Assembly: GCA_963720545.1 (NCBI GenBank)
Contig: OY970399.1
Location: forward strand, 3,104,001 to 3,168,000
Direction of reading: 5' to 3'
DNA from: an uncultured Acidobacteriota bacterium
GTDB taxonomy: Bacteria > Acidobacteriota > Vicinamibacteria > Fen-336
DNA: 64,000 nucleotides
Under the pieces are notes generated by a model that did no database searches, was not told where the DNA came from, and saw only the letters and a list, made by a program, of their open reading frames with translations. The translations under genes were made by a program, and so were the position numbers. Positions 12,577-24,496 of the stretch are shown here, in pieces. How positions within the stretch are numbered: the stretch's first letter is position 1; each line of letters starts with the position of its first letter.

Positions 12577-13082
12577 CCACGAAGCCCGCCTTCTCCCGCG
12601 AGGAGCGCGAGAAGCTCATCGAAACCTACGCCGCCGGACCCGAGCGGCTGCGGCGTGCGTGGCAGGCCGTGCCGGAGGCCGCGCAAAAGCTGGCGCCCGC
12701 GGCGGGGAAGTGGTCGCCGCACCAGGTCGTCATCCACTGCGGCGATTCCGAGACCTACGGCGCGGTGCGCATCCGCATGCTGGTCGCCGAGAAGTCGGCG
12801 ACGATCGTGGGCTATGACGAAGCCGAGTGGGCGCGGGTCCTCGACTATCACTCGCTGCCGATCGAGCCGGCGCTGGCGGCGGTCGCGGCCGCGCGCGGCA
12901 ACACCCTCGCGCTGCTGCGCCAGATGGACGAGAGGGCCTGGGGCAAGTCCGGCACGCACACGCAGTCGGGCCACTTCAGCGCCCAGGACTGGCTGCGGGT
13001 CTATTCGGTCCACGTCGAGAACCACGCAGCCCAGATCGACCGCGCGGTTGCGGTGTTCAAAGAGAAAGGCGCGGGCGCCTAG
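12573..13082 (+). CDS. DinB-family protein
   Basis: GKWSPHQVVIHCGDSE, YDEAEWA and HVENHAAQI; GGAGG RBS. Confidence 0.82.
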   Translation: MTTKPAFSREEREKLIETYAAGPERLRRAWQAVPEAAQKLAPAAGKWSPHQVVIHCGDSETYGAVRIRMLVAEKSATIVGYDEAEWARVLDYHSLPIEPALAAVAAARGNTLALLRQMDERAWGKSGTHTQSGHFSAQDWLRVYSVHVENHAAQIDRAVAVFKEKGAGA

Positions 13083-13765
13083 GCGGGTGCGGCGGCGGCC
13101 GCCGGCTTGCCCTTCTTGGCGGCGTCGGCCGCGACCCAGCGCACCGAAGGCGAGGCCGAGAGCTTCATCTCTTCGATCAGCTTGGCGGCCGCCACCTTCA
13201 GCTTCGGGTTGCGCGCGCCGATCTGGCGCAGCGCCGAGGCCACGGCCTTCTTCACGTGCACGCGCTCGTCGGTTGCGTGCTGCTTGACGACGCCGAGCAG
13301 GGTGAGGAAGCGCGAGTCTTCCGCCTTCTTGTCGTGGACCGCCATCTCCGCGATGAGCGCGAAGCCGGCGCGCTTCACGAACTCCTGCGGGCGCTGCGTC
13401 CAGGCGAGTGCGCGGCGGTACGCGTAGGGCGTGTTCCAGAAGAGGTCGGTGCAGCAGGTGTCGCCGATGACGTAGTTGTCGAAGTCGCGCGCCCAACGGT
13501 CCATCTGGCGCTCCGAGACCTTGTCGGGCTCGTCGATGAGGGCCGCCAGGATGCGCGCGTCGTGGACGCCGGTGGCCCACAGCTCCTGCGCCAGGCGATG
13601 GTCGCGGCCCAGCTCCTTCGCAAGCTTGCGCAGCTGCGCCGACGACAAGCCATAGGCCTTGCGCGTCTGGATGCCGGCCTTCATCATGTCGGCCACGGCC
13701 TTTGCGTTCTCCATGGCGCGAATGCGCTGCAGCACCACCCCGACCTCGGGCAGATCGGTCCTCAT
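13079..13765 (-). CDS. DNA alkylation repair protein (AlkD-like HEAT-repeat)
   Basis: LAQELWATGVHDARILA, WARDFDNYVIGD and DERVHVKKAVASALRQIG. Confidence 0.82.
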   Translation of the reverse strand: MRTDLPEVGVVLQRIRAMENAKAVADMMKAGIQTRKAYGLSSAQLRKLAKELGRDHRLAQELWATGVHDARILAALIDEPDKVSERQMDRWARDFDNYVIGDTCCTDLFWNTPYAYRRALAWTQRPQEFVKRAGFALIAEMAVHDKKAEDSRFLTLLGVVKQHATDERVHVKKAVASALRQIGARNPKLKVAAAKLIEEMKLSASPSVRWVAADAAKKGKPAAAAAPA

Positions 13766-14541
13766 TGGGCCACCGCTGCGGTGCCGACGGCGGGGCTGCC
13801 GCTTTCCCTGCGGACCAGCGCCTCTATCGTCTGCACCACTTCGTCAACGCTCTTGCGGGATGTGTCCACGATGTGGGCCGCGCCGCGATACAGCGGCTCG
13901 CGAGCCTGCAGCAGGCGTCGAAGTTCGGCCATGGCGTGCGGGTTGTCGGCCATCGGTCGTCTGTCTCCTTGTTGAATCACTCGGTTCCAGTGCTGTTCGG
14001 GGTCGGCACGGAGCCACACCGTCATCGAGTCGCGGCGCAGCAAGGCGAAGGTGGCAGGCGATGTGACGATCCCTCCGCCCGCAGCAAGGACGAGGGGGCG
14101 CCGCTCGGCCAGGATCCCCTCCAGAACCTCGCGCTCAAGACGCCTATAGTACTCCTCGCCGTGGAAATCGAATATCTCGCGGAGCGCGAGGCCGGCGGCT
14201 TCCTCGATGCGCGCGTCCAGTTCGACGAACGGAATATGCAGCCGGCGGGCTAGTTTCCGGCCGATCGTCGTCTTGCCGGCGCCGCGCAATCCCATGAGCG
14301 AAACGACCGGCAGCGGAGCCGCCGCGGCGTCCACGTCAGAGACGAGGGCCGAGAGCGTGGTGTCGAGCGCACGGGCCAGCGCCGCCAGCCGCTTGACGGA
14401 GATGTTGCCTTCGCCGGCCTCGACCTGGACGAGAAACCGCGACGACAGCCCGGAGCGTTCGGCGACGTCGCGCAGCGTGAGGCCGCGATGCGCGCGCAGC
14501 TCCCGGGCGCGCCGCGCGAGGCCGTCGAGGATCGGGTCCAT
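13762..14541 (-). CDS. boxR: BzdR/BoxR-type regulator (XRE HTH + shikimate-kinase-like benzoyl-CoA-sensing domain)
   Basis: N-terminal XRE HTH, GLRGAGKTTIG and QQGDRRPM; divergent from boxC. Confidence 0.85.
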   Translation of the reverse strand: MDPILDGLARRARELRAHRGLTLRDVAERSGLSSRFLVQVEAGEGNISVKRLAALARALDTTLSALVSDVDAAAAPLPVVSLMGLRGAGKTTIGRKLARRLHIPFVELDARIEEAAGLALREIFDFHGEEYYRRLEREVLEGILAERRPLVLAAGGGIVTSPATFALLRRDSMTVWLRADPEQHWNRVIQQGDRRPMADNPHAMAELRRLLQAREPLYRGAAHIVDTSRKSVDEVVQTIEALVRRESGSPAVGTAAVAQ

Positions 14542-14547
14542 AAAGAC

Positions 14548-14620
14548 GCACTATACTACACAACTGCCATATGTCGGAAGCACTATAATGCTTGACAGGG
14601 GAGAAATCGCCGGGTAACTT
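14548..14620. promoter_or_regulatory. boxR/boxC divergent promoter with a BzdR/BoxR-type operator
   Basis: TTGACA at 14592-14597, a 17-nt spacer and TAACTT at 14615-14620. Palindrome AAGCA-CTATAA-TGCTT at 14578-14593. GCACTATA repeated at 14548 and 14580. Confidence 0.7.
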
Positions 14621-14627
14621 CCGGCGT

Positions 14628-16277
<1,650 letters not shown>

Positions 16278-16297
16278 GACGAAAAGGACGAAAAGCC

Positions 16298-17710
<1,413 letters not shown>

Positions 17711-17930
17711 CTATCGACGGATGGGCCGTCTCGCCCCCGTCCCATCCGTCGATCTTCTTTTGTCCGTTGCCAGGCGCTTGCCCGCTATCGACGGATTGGC
17801 CGGCCGTCCCTGCCCAATCCGTCGATTTCCTTTTTCCGTTCCCAGGCGCTTGCGACAGGGTTCGTTTCGTTTCGTTTATTCCCTGGGCGCTTGCGTCAAC
17901 GACCTGTTGCCACTGTGTCCGGACACAGTG
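17711..17930 (+). repeat. REP-like modular repeat, copy 1: two 13-bp hairpins + GGCGCTTGC linkers + terminal palindrome CACTGTGTCCGGACACAGTG
   Basis: Hairpins at 17713-17753 and 17787-17826; palindrome at 17911-17930. The same modules recur at 55107-55353 and 55905-56185. Confidence 0.9.
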
Positions 17931-18006
17931 AATTCCTCCTGGAACGCGGCTCGCTCTGAGTTCCCTCGCGGCTGGAAAGAACTGGACCGCTCGGGAAAGC
18001 GCAGTT

Positions 18007-18348
18007 CTATTCAATGACCAGCGAGGTCACCTTGATCTGGTCGCCGCTGCGGTCGCCGACGACAGTGGCGCGCAGGTGGTCGGTCTTCTTGGTGGCGAGC
18101 AGGGCGGCGTGCGTCTTTTCGTTGCCGGCGGCGTCGAACTTCAGGTACGAACCGTCGGCGGTGACGAGGCCGTAGCCGCCCTTTACGCACTGCAACGCGC
18201 ACTTGGTCTCGTGCTTGTCGGGGTCGGCCTTGACCCGGTCGAAGCACTGCGTGTCCACGACCGACACGTTGCTCCAGGTTTCGGCGCTGGCGACCATCGG
18301 CGCGGCCAGCAGCGCCGCCATCATCACCATCGTCTGCGTCGTCTTCAT
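18007..18348 (-). CDS. Small secreted Cys/His-containing hypothetical protein
   Basis: GAGGAGG RBS, a signal peptide and DTQC..HETKCALQCVKGGYGL. Confidence 0.75.
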   Translation of the reverse strand: MKTTQTMVMMAALLAAPMVASAETWSNVSVVDTQCFDRVKADPDKHETKCALQCVKGGYGLVTADGSYLKFDAAGNEKTHAALLATKKTDHLRATVVGDRSGDQIKVTSLVIE

Positions 18349-18375
18349 GCTTGCCTCCTCAATCTGCCTGCTGGG

Positions 18376-18759
18376 TTAAGCGACCGAACGCACTTCGCTG
18401 AGGCGCGCCAGCGTGTACGCGCCAATCGCGATCTCGACGTCGCGCACGGCGAGGTCGTAGAACATTCCGGTTGTCACCAGCTGCGCCGCGATCGCGAGCA
18501 GCCATGCCATCGCGACATAGCCGCCGAGCCGCGTGACGCCGGCGAGGATGGCAAGGCCAACCACCATCTCGATCACGCCAACCATGTGCATGAACGCGGT
18601 GGCGCTCATGGGCAGGCGGCTGGCGATGGCCGGGCTCAGATACATCCCCCAGTCGGCGAGGATGTTGAAGAACTTGTCGAGCCCCGCCAGGAACGGTCCC
18701 AGGCCAAGCCCGATGCGCAGCGCCCACCACGCCGAATCCACACCCTTCGAGAGCGGCAT
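18376..18759 (-). CDS. DoxX-family membrane protein
   Basis: AGGAGGT RBS; PFLAGLDKFFN, VGVIEMVVG and YDLAVRD. Confidence 0.8.
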   Translation of the reverse strand: MPLSKGVDSAWWALRIGLGLGPFLAGLDKFFNILADWGMYLSPAIASRLPMSATAFMHMVGVIEMVVGLAILAGVTRLGGYVAMAWLLAIAAQLVTTGMFYDLAVRDVEIAIGAYTLARLSEVRSVA

Positions 18760-18779
18760 TGCCACCTCCTGCCTCCATT

Positions 18780-18850
18780 GAGTGAGCGGACCGCGAAAGG
18801 TTACGCCCACGCCGGGGGAGGCTTGTAACCTTTTATGCCCGGTGCGACTC
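18780..18850. promoter_or_regulatory. Back-to-back ECF-type promoters GTAAC-N15/16-(G/C)ACTC
   Basis: Plus strand: GTAAC at 18825-18829, 16 nt, GACTC at 18846-18850. Minus strand: GTAAC at 18804-18800, 15 nt, CACTC at 18784-18780. Confidence 0.6.
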
Positions 18851-18875
18851 TGTTGGATCAGGTGGCCGTCAAAGG

Positions 18876-19583
18876 ATGCCGGCGATGCAAATAGCGACGG
18901 TGAACGAGCGCCCGGAGTGGCGTGAGCTTTCGGACGATGCCGTGGTCGCGCGCGTCAAGGCCGGCGAGGCGGCGCTCTTCGAGGTGCTGATGCGCCGCTA
19001 CAACCAGCGCCTCTACCGGGTCGCTCGCGCCATCCTGCGGGACGATTCCGAGGCCGAGGACGTCATGCAGCACGCCTACGTCCAGGGCTACCTGCACCTC
19101 GGCCAGTTCGCGGGACGCGCCTCTTTCGCCACCTGGCTCACCAGGATCGCGGTGCACGAGGCGCTCGGCAGGGTGCGCAAGCGCGGCCGTGAGCAGGGCG
19201 CCATGCCGCACGAGGAAGGCGAGGACAGGATGAGCAGGGTGGAGTCGCCGCGGGCCGACCCCGAGCAACAGGCTGCGCATGGGGAAGCGCGACAGCTGCT
19301 CGAAGCCGCGATCGCGGCGCTGCCGCAGAACTACCGCTCGGTGTTCGTGCTGCGCGACGTCGAGGGCATGAACACCACCGAGACCGCATCGTGCCTCGAC
19401 CTCACGGACGAATCGGTGAAGACGCGGCTGCATCGGGCGCGGGCGATGCTGCGCAAGGACCTGTTCCAGCGCGCCGGCGTCGCCGCGCCGACCGCGTTCT
19501 CCTTCCACCTGTCGCGCTGCGACCGGGTGGTCGCGGCGGTCTTCGGCCGCCTGCAGGTGACGCCGGTTCGCACCGGCAACTGA
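18876..19583 (+). CDS. ECF sigma factor with a C-terminal RCD-motif extension
   Basis: AEDVMQHAY, SFATWLTRIAVHEA, VKTRLHRARAMLR and the tail FSFHLSRCDRVVAAV. Confidence 0.9.
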   Translation: MPAMQIATVNERPEWRELSDDAVVARVKAGEAALFEVLMRRYNQRLYRVARAILRDDSEAEDVMQHAYVQGYLHLGQFAGRASFATWLTRIAVHEALGRVRKRGREQGAMPHEEGEDRMSRVESPRADPEQQAAHGEARQLLEAAIAALPQNYRSVFVLRDVEGMNTTETASCLDLTDESVKTRLHRARAMLRKDLFQRAGVAAPTAFSFHLSRCDRVVAAVFGRLQVTPVRTGN

Positions 19584-19592
19584 AAAAAATCT

Positions 19593-19617
19593 GCAACGTC
19601 CGGCCGCGCCCGGACTC
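19593..19617 (+). promoter_or_regulatory. Third ECF-type promoter GCAAC-N15-GACTC
   Basis: Same architecture as the 18780-18850 promoters, 8 nt upstream of the ATG at 19626. Confidence 0.5.
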
Positions 19618-19625
19618 ACTTGGGC

Positions 19626-20966
19626 ATGAGGATCCATTGGCTCGCCGCAGGAGTTCTCGCCGCAACGGTCGCAGCCGTTGCCATCGGCTTCGACGTTTCG
19701 CGCACCAGCGCGGCGGAAGACGCCGCGGCCCGCTCGAGTGCGGACGCTGCCACGCTGCGCCACGCCGCCCAACAGCTGACCAGGGGCCGGAAGGTGTTTC
19801 GCCACGACACCTTCGGCGACGAAGCGTTCTGGGGCGGCGAGCTGCGGCTGCACGAGGCGATCGCCGGCGACGCCAACGGCGGTGTCGGCCCCGGCGTGAG
19901 CCCGGCGACTGCGCTCGCCGTGGGCCTGAAGGTCGATCTCGACGCGCTGCCGGCGTCCCTCATCCGCCAGCTCCGGCGCGGCGAGGTCGACCTGCAGGAT
20001 CCGGCCACGACCCTGGCCCTGCTGCGGCTCGATGCCGTGGTGGGTGTGCACGGCACGTTCGGTTCCAGCGGCCGGATCGCCACGATCGGGATCCAGTGCG
20101 CGCTATGCCATTCGGTGGTCGACGATTCGTTCGCTCCCGGCATCGGGCATCGGCTCGACGGCTGGGCCAACCGCGACCTCGACGTCGGCGCCGTCGTCGC
20201 GCTGGCGCCCGACCTCTCCTACTTCAGCGACCTGCTGCACGTCGATCAGGAGACCGTGCGCGCGGTGCTGCGCAGCTGGGGCCCGGGCAAGTTCGACGCC
20301 GAGCTGGCGCTCGACGGCCAGCCGTTCCGCCCCGACGGACGCTCCGCCGCCACGCTCATTCCGCCGGCGTTCGGCCTCGCCGGCGTAAACCTGCACACTT
20401 ACACGGGCTGGGGTTCCGTGACCCACTGGAACGCAATGGTCGCGAACCTCGAGATGCACGGCCAGGGCACCTTCTACGATCCGCGGCTCGACGACCCCGT
20501 CAAGTTCCCGATCGCCGCCGCCAACGGGTTCGGCAACGTGCGCAACGACGACGACCTCATCACCGGCAAACTGGGCGCGCTGCACTTCTACCAGCTCGCG
20601 ATCCCGGCTCCGGAGCCGCCGCCAAACAGCTTCGACGCAGCGCTCGCGCAGCGCGGGCGGACGCTCTTCGCGGGCCGGGCCGACTGCGCGCGCTGCCACG
20701 TGCCACCGCTCTTCACCGAGCCCGGCTGGAACATGCACACCGCCGCCGAGATCGGCATCGACGATTTCCAGGCGAAGCGTTCGCCCGACGAGCGCTACCG
20801 GACGACGCCGCTCAAGGGACTGTGGACGCACCAGAAGGGCGGCTTCTACCACGATGGCCGCTTCCGGACGCTGCGCGCGGTGATCGACCACTACGACGCG
20901 TTCCTGCACCTCGGCCTGTCTGCAGCGGACAAGGCCGCCCTCGCGGAGTACCTCAAGAGCATCTAG
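19626..20966 (+). CDS. Exported di-heme cytochrome c (peroxidase-like)
   Basis: N-terminal signal/anchor, two CXXCH motifs (CALCH, CARCH) and YRTTPLKGLW..GGFYHDGRF. Confidence 0.78.
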   Translation: MRIHWLAAGVLAATVAAVAIGFDVSRTSAAEDAAARSSADAATLRHAAQQLTRGRKVFRHDTFGDEAFWGGELRLHEAIAGDANGGVGPGVSPATALAVGLKVDLDALPASLIRQLRRGEVDLQDPATTLALLRLDAVVGVHGTFGSSGRIATIGIQCALCHSVVDDSFAPGIGHRLDGWANRDLDVGAVVALAPDLSYFSDLLHVDQETVRAVLRSWGPGKFDAELALDGQPFRPDGRSAATLIPPAFGLAGVNLHTYTGWGSVTHWNAMVANLEMHGQGTFYDPRLDDPVKFPIAAANGFGNVRNDDDLITGKLGALHFYQLAIPAPEPPPNSFDAALAQRGRTLFAGRADCARCHVPPLFTEPGWNMHTAAEIGIDDFQAKRSPDERYRTTPLKGLWTHQKGGFYHDGRFRTLRAVIDHYDAFLHLGLSAADKAALAEYLKSI

Positions 20967-20981
20967 CGAATCGAGCCGCTA

Positions 20982-21926
20982 TCAACGCGCGAGCGTTTCC
21001 TTGGTGACGAGGCCGATCTGGGTCCGCTGGTCGGTCGGCACCGCCTGGCCGCGTAGCAGTGCCACCGCGGTTTCTACCGCGACCCGGCCCATTTCGGCGG
21101 GAAACTGGGCGACCGAAGAATCCATCGCGCCGCTCCGGATGGCGGCGCGGGCGTCATCGACGGCGTCGAAGCCGATGACGCGGATCCTGCCGGTGCGCCC
21201 GGCGGCGGCGATGGCCTCGACAGCGCCGAGCGCCATCATGTCGTTGCACGCGAACACGGCGTCGATCTCGGGATGAGCCTGCAGCATGTTCTGGAAGACG
21301 TTGAAGCCCTGGTCGCGTTCCCAGTTCGCGGTCTGCGAAGCGACGATGACGACGCCGCTGGCCGCGGCCAGCGCCTCGTGGAAGCCCTTGAGTCGGGAGT
21401 CGCCGGTCTCGTGGCCGGGAATGCCTTCGAGCACCGCCACCTTCGCCTGGCCGCCGCTCGCTTCGATGATGCGCCTGCCGGCGAGGCGGCCGCCTTCCAC
21501 GTTGTCCGAACCGACATAGCTTTCCGTGTGCACCGAAGCGTCCTGCGCCGCTTTCGGGTCGACGCGGTCGTCGACCACTACGATCGGCACCGCGGCGGCG
21601 TTGGCGTGCGCCAGCGCCGGCACGATGCCGGTGGAGTTCGATGGCGCGATGCAGAGGGCCTTCACCCCAGATTGCACCAGGTTCTCGACGATCTGCATCT
21701 GCCGCTCGACGTCGATCTCGCGCTCGGGCGCCTGCACCACCAGCTCGACGCCGAGGCGCTTCGCGGCCGCTTCCGCGCCGCGCTGCATCTCGATGAAGAA
21801 CGGATTGTTCGCAGTCTTCATCACCAGCGCCACTCTCGGCAGCGCGGAACCGTCGTGCGCCGGGCGCCCGCACCCGGCCGCAAGCAGTGCGAACGCGCCG
21901 GCGGCGAACCGCACGCGGCCGGTCAT
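20982..21926 (-). CDS. RbsB-like sugar-binding lipoprotein
   Basis: Lipobox LAAGC; KTANNPFF, YVGSDN, ANWER, FACNDMMALGA and GFDA. Confidence 0.88.
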   Translation of the reverse strand: MTGRVRFAAGAFALLAAGCGRPAHDGSALPRVALVMKTANNPFFIEMQRGAEAAAKRLGVELVVQAPEREIDVERQMQIVENLVQSGVKALCIAPSNSTGIVPALAHANAAAVPIVVVDDRVDPKAAQDASVHTESYVGSDNVEGGRLAGRRIIEASGGQAKVAVLEGIPGHETGDSRLKGFHEALAAASGVVIVASQTANWERDQGFNVFQNMLQAHPEIDAVFACNDMMALGAVEAIAAAGRTGRIRVIGFDAVDDARAAIRSGAMDSSVAQFPAEMGRVAVETAVALLRGQAVPTDQRTQIGLVTKETLAR

Positions 21927-22603
21927 CGCGCTGCCGTGAACACCAGGAAGTACTGATAGGGAAGGAACGTGTGTTCGCCGGCGAGGCGGAAGCCGTTCTC
22001 CTGCATCTGCTTCACCACGTCCTCACGCGCGATCTTCGTGTCCATGCCCGGCCCAACCGGCAGCGGGCGCTTCTGGTAGTCGATCATGACGATGCGCCCG
22101 CCCGGCGCGAGCGAATTCCGCAGGGCCGCGATATAGGCCGCCTGCTTCTCGACGTGGTGCCAGACGTCGCAGAAGAAGACGAGGTCGACCTTGTGCTCCG
22201 GCAGTCGCGGGTCGTCGGGCGGAGCCAGCGTCGCGGTGACGTTCGTGAGCCCGGCTGCGGCGGCGCGCTGCCTGATGTGCTCGACCATGCCCGGCTCGAC
22301 GTCGACTGCGTACACTTGCCCGGCGGCGCCCACCGCGCGCGCGAATCGCAGCGTGAAATAGCCTGAGCCAGCGCCGATGTCGGCGACCGCGTCGCCCGGC
22401 TTCAGCGCCAGCGCCGCCACCACCTCGTCCGGCTTCTGGTAGCCGTCGCGCGCGGCGCTGTCGAGCATCCTTATGTATGCGTCCACATCGGTATGCGCGC
22501 CGTGTTCGCGGCGGGTGGCGGGATCCTGCGCCTGCGCGGACGCCGCAGAGCTCGCGGCCAGCGCGGCTGCAATTGCCCAGGCCGAGCAACGCCGCATCGT
22601 CAT
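21923..22603 (-). CDS. Class I SAM-dependent methyltransferase with a signal peptide
   Basis: VADIGAGSGYF and VYAVDV; ATGA overlap with the NUDIX gene. Confidence 0.82.
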   Translation of the reverse strand: MTMRRCSAWAIAAALAASSAASAQAQDPATRREHGAHTDVDAYIRMLDSAARDGYQKPDEVVAALALKPGDAVADIGAGSGYFTLRFARAVGAAGQVYAVDVEPGMVEHIRQRAAAAGLTNVTATLAPPDDPRLPEHKVDLVFFCDVWHHVEKQAAYIAALRNSLAPGGRIVMIDYQKRPLPVGPGMDTKIAREDVVKQMQENGFRLAGEHTFLPYQYFLVFTAAR

Positions 22604-23172
22604 GACGACACCCCGCGCAGCGCCGGATCGACCAGCGCACGCGCCTTCGTCAGCAGCCGGCGCAGGCCGCTGTCGATGTCGAGCGCCAGCGCGTCGTCCC
22701 AGGCGAACCAGCGCATGTCGTCGGTCTCGTCGCGCGAGCGTTCGAAGGCGGCCCCGGCGGGCGCAACCACCAGGTAGCGCAGGTCGAGATGGTCGTGCGC
22801 AGGCTCGGCGCCGCGCGCCGGGATGCGGTGCACGTCGACGTCGAGCGGTCGCGGCGCCTCCGGGTGCAGGGCCAGGTCGCTCATGCCCGACTCCTCCGCG
22901 GCTTCGCGCATGGCCACCGCCGCGCCCGAGGTTTCGCCGGCTTCGCCGTGGCCCCCGCATTGCAGCCAGCGCTGCAGCTTCTTGTGGCGCAGGAGCAGCA
23001 CGCGCATGCCGTCGGCGGAGACGACCAGCGCGCTGCCGACCAGGTGGCCGTGCAGGTGGGCGCGATCGAAGGGCCGCTCGTGGCCGGCCGCGAATGCGCG
23101 GATGCGCGCGAGCCCCGCGGCCTCTTCGGCATCCTGCGCCACGTACGTGTCGAGCCGCTCGTCGAGACCCAT
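22600..23172 (-). CDS. NUDIX hydrolase
   Basis: Nudix box GGHGEAGETSGAAVAMREAAEESG; HDHLDLRY. Confidence 0.88.
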   Translation of the reverse strand: MGLDERLDTYVAQDAEEAAGLARIRAFAAGHERPFDRAHLHGHLVGSALVVSADGMRVLLLRHKKLQRWLQCGGHGEAGETSGAAVAMREAAEESGMSDLALHPEAPRPLDVDVHRIPARGAEPAHDHLDLRYLVVAPAGAAFERSRDETDDMRWFAWDDALALDIDSGLRRLLTKARALVDPALRGVSS

Positions 23173-23251
23173 GGTGTTATGGTGCGATCGGCTCGATTGT
23201 GGCACACTGCGCGCCGCACGGGAGGCCGCCCTGAGCGAACGCTACGAACGC

Positions 23252-24496
23252 ATGAAGGACGCGGTTCGCGCCCTCTTCGACCGCAACCGGCAGCAGGGCA
23301 TCGCGTCGTGGTGCGGGCTCGGCTACGACTTCGTTTGCCCGTCGCCCGGCACCTATCCGTTCCAGTGGTTCTGGGACTCGTGCTTCCATGCCGTGGTGCT
23401 CAGCCACTTCGACGTCGAGCGCGCGCGCTCCGAGGTGCGCAGCCTGCTCGCGAACGCGCAGGACGATGGCTTCGTCGCGCACGTCACCTTCTGGCAGCGC
23501 GAGCACTACGAGGACCTTCTCTCGACCTACTCCATCGCATATCGCACGCCGTATCTCTCCGACTGCATGCAGCCGCCGTGCCTCGCCGAGGCGGTGGCGG
23601 CGGCCGCGGAAGGGCCGGGCGGCGAACAGTTCCTGGCGGAGGTCATGCCGCGGGTGCTGGCCTACTACGAATGGCTGGCGCGCGTGCGCGATCCCGACCG
23701 CGATGGCCTGATCGCAACGCTGCAGCCGGACGAATCGGGCCTCGACCATGCGCCGAAGTACGACGAGTACCTCGGCGTCACCGGCACCTCGCAGGGCGAC
23801 CTCGACGACGCCTGGCAGCGGGTGGCCGGACCCTACGCGGAAGTGGGCCGCGATCCGCAGCGCATGTTCGCGCTCGACCGCTTCATCTGCGAGGACGTGT
23901 TCGTCAACACGATCTACGCCGAGAACCTGCGGGTGCTGGGCGGCCTGCTCGAGAAGAGCGGCAAGCCGAATGAGGCGGCGCGTCGCTATCGGCGCGCCGA
24001 TCACACCGTCTCGTCGCTCGCCGCGAAGTGCTGGGATGCCGAGACCGGCCTCTTCTACGATCTTGCCGGGCGCGGCGAAAGGCGGCTGAGGATGAATACC
24101 ATCAGCTCGCTGGTGCCGATCCTGCTCGACATCCCGCGCCGCGCCGTGGACGGCATCGTCCGCCAGCTCGGCGACGAGCGCACCTACGCGGCGCCGTTTC
24201 CGGTGCCGTCGGTGGCGCTCAACGAACCGTCGTACCTGCCCGGCGCGAACGATCGCAAGCTCGTGTGGCGCGGACCCACCTGGATCAACAGCAACTGGTA
24301 CATCGCGCGGGGGCTGCGCCGTCACGGTTATCACGACCTCGCGCGCGGCATCGAGGACCGCTCCGCCGCGCTGGTCGAGAACAACGGCTTTCGCGAGTAC
24401 TACGATCCCTGGACCGGCGCGGGCTACGGTGCCGAAAACTTTGCCTGGAGCGGCCTCGCTCTCGACATGCTCGCGCGGCACGAGGGCCTGCGTTGA
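23252..24496 (+). CDS. (alpha/alpha)6 glycoside hydrolase, MGH1/GH63-like (a CTG start at 23231 is possible)
   Basis: YPFQWFWDSCFHA, ESGLD, WRGPTWINSNW, GFREYYDP and FAWS. GGAGG at 23221 precedes the in-frame CTG at 23231. Confidence 0.8.
   Translation: MKDAVRALFDRNRQQGIASWCGLGYDFVCPSPGTYPFQWFWDSCFHAVVLSHFDVERARSEVRSLLANAQDDGFVAHVTFWQREHYEDLLSTYSIAYRTPYLSDCMQPPCLAEAVAAAAEGPGGEQFLAEVMPRVLAYYEWLARVRDPDRDGLIATLQPDESGLDHAPKYDEYLGVTGTSQGDLDDAWQRVAGPYAEVGRDPQRMFALDRFICEDVFVNTIYAENLRVLGGLLEKSGKPNEAARRYRRADHTVSSLAAKCWDAETGLFYDLAGRGERRLRMNTISSLVPILLDIPRRAVDGIVRQLGDERTYAAPFPVPSVALNEPSYLPGANDRKLVWRGPTWINSNWYIARGLRRHGYHDLARGIEDRSAALVENNGFREYYDPWTGAGYGAENFAWSGLALDMLARHEGLR

Noticed and set aside
6254..13082. 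Convergent genes sharing overlapping stops on CTAG (6254-6257, 13079-13082)
   Set aside because: This is ordinary compact gene packing.
20975..20990. CCGCTATCAACG, resembling the repeat's hairpin foot
   Set aside because: There is no complementary arm or linker, and it overlaps a stop codon, so it is probably chance.
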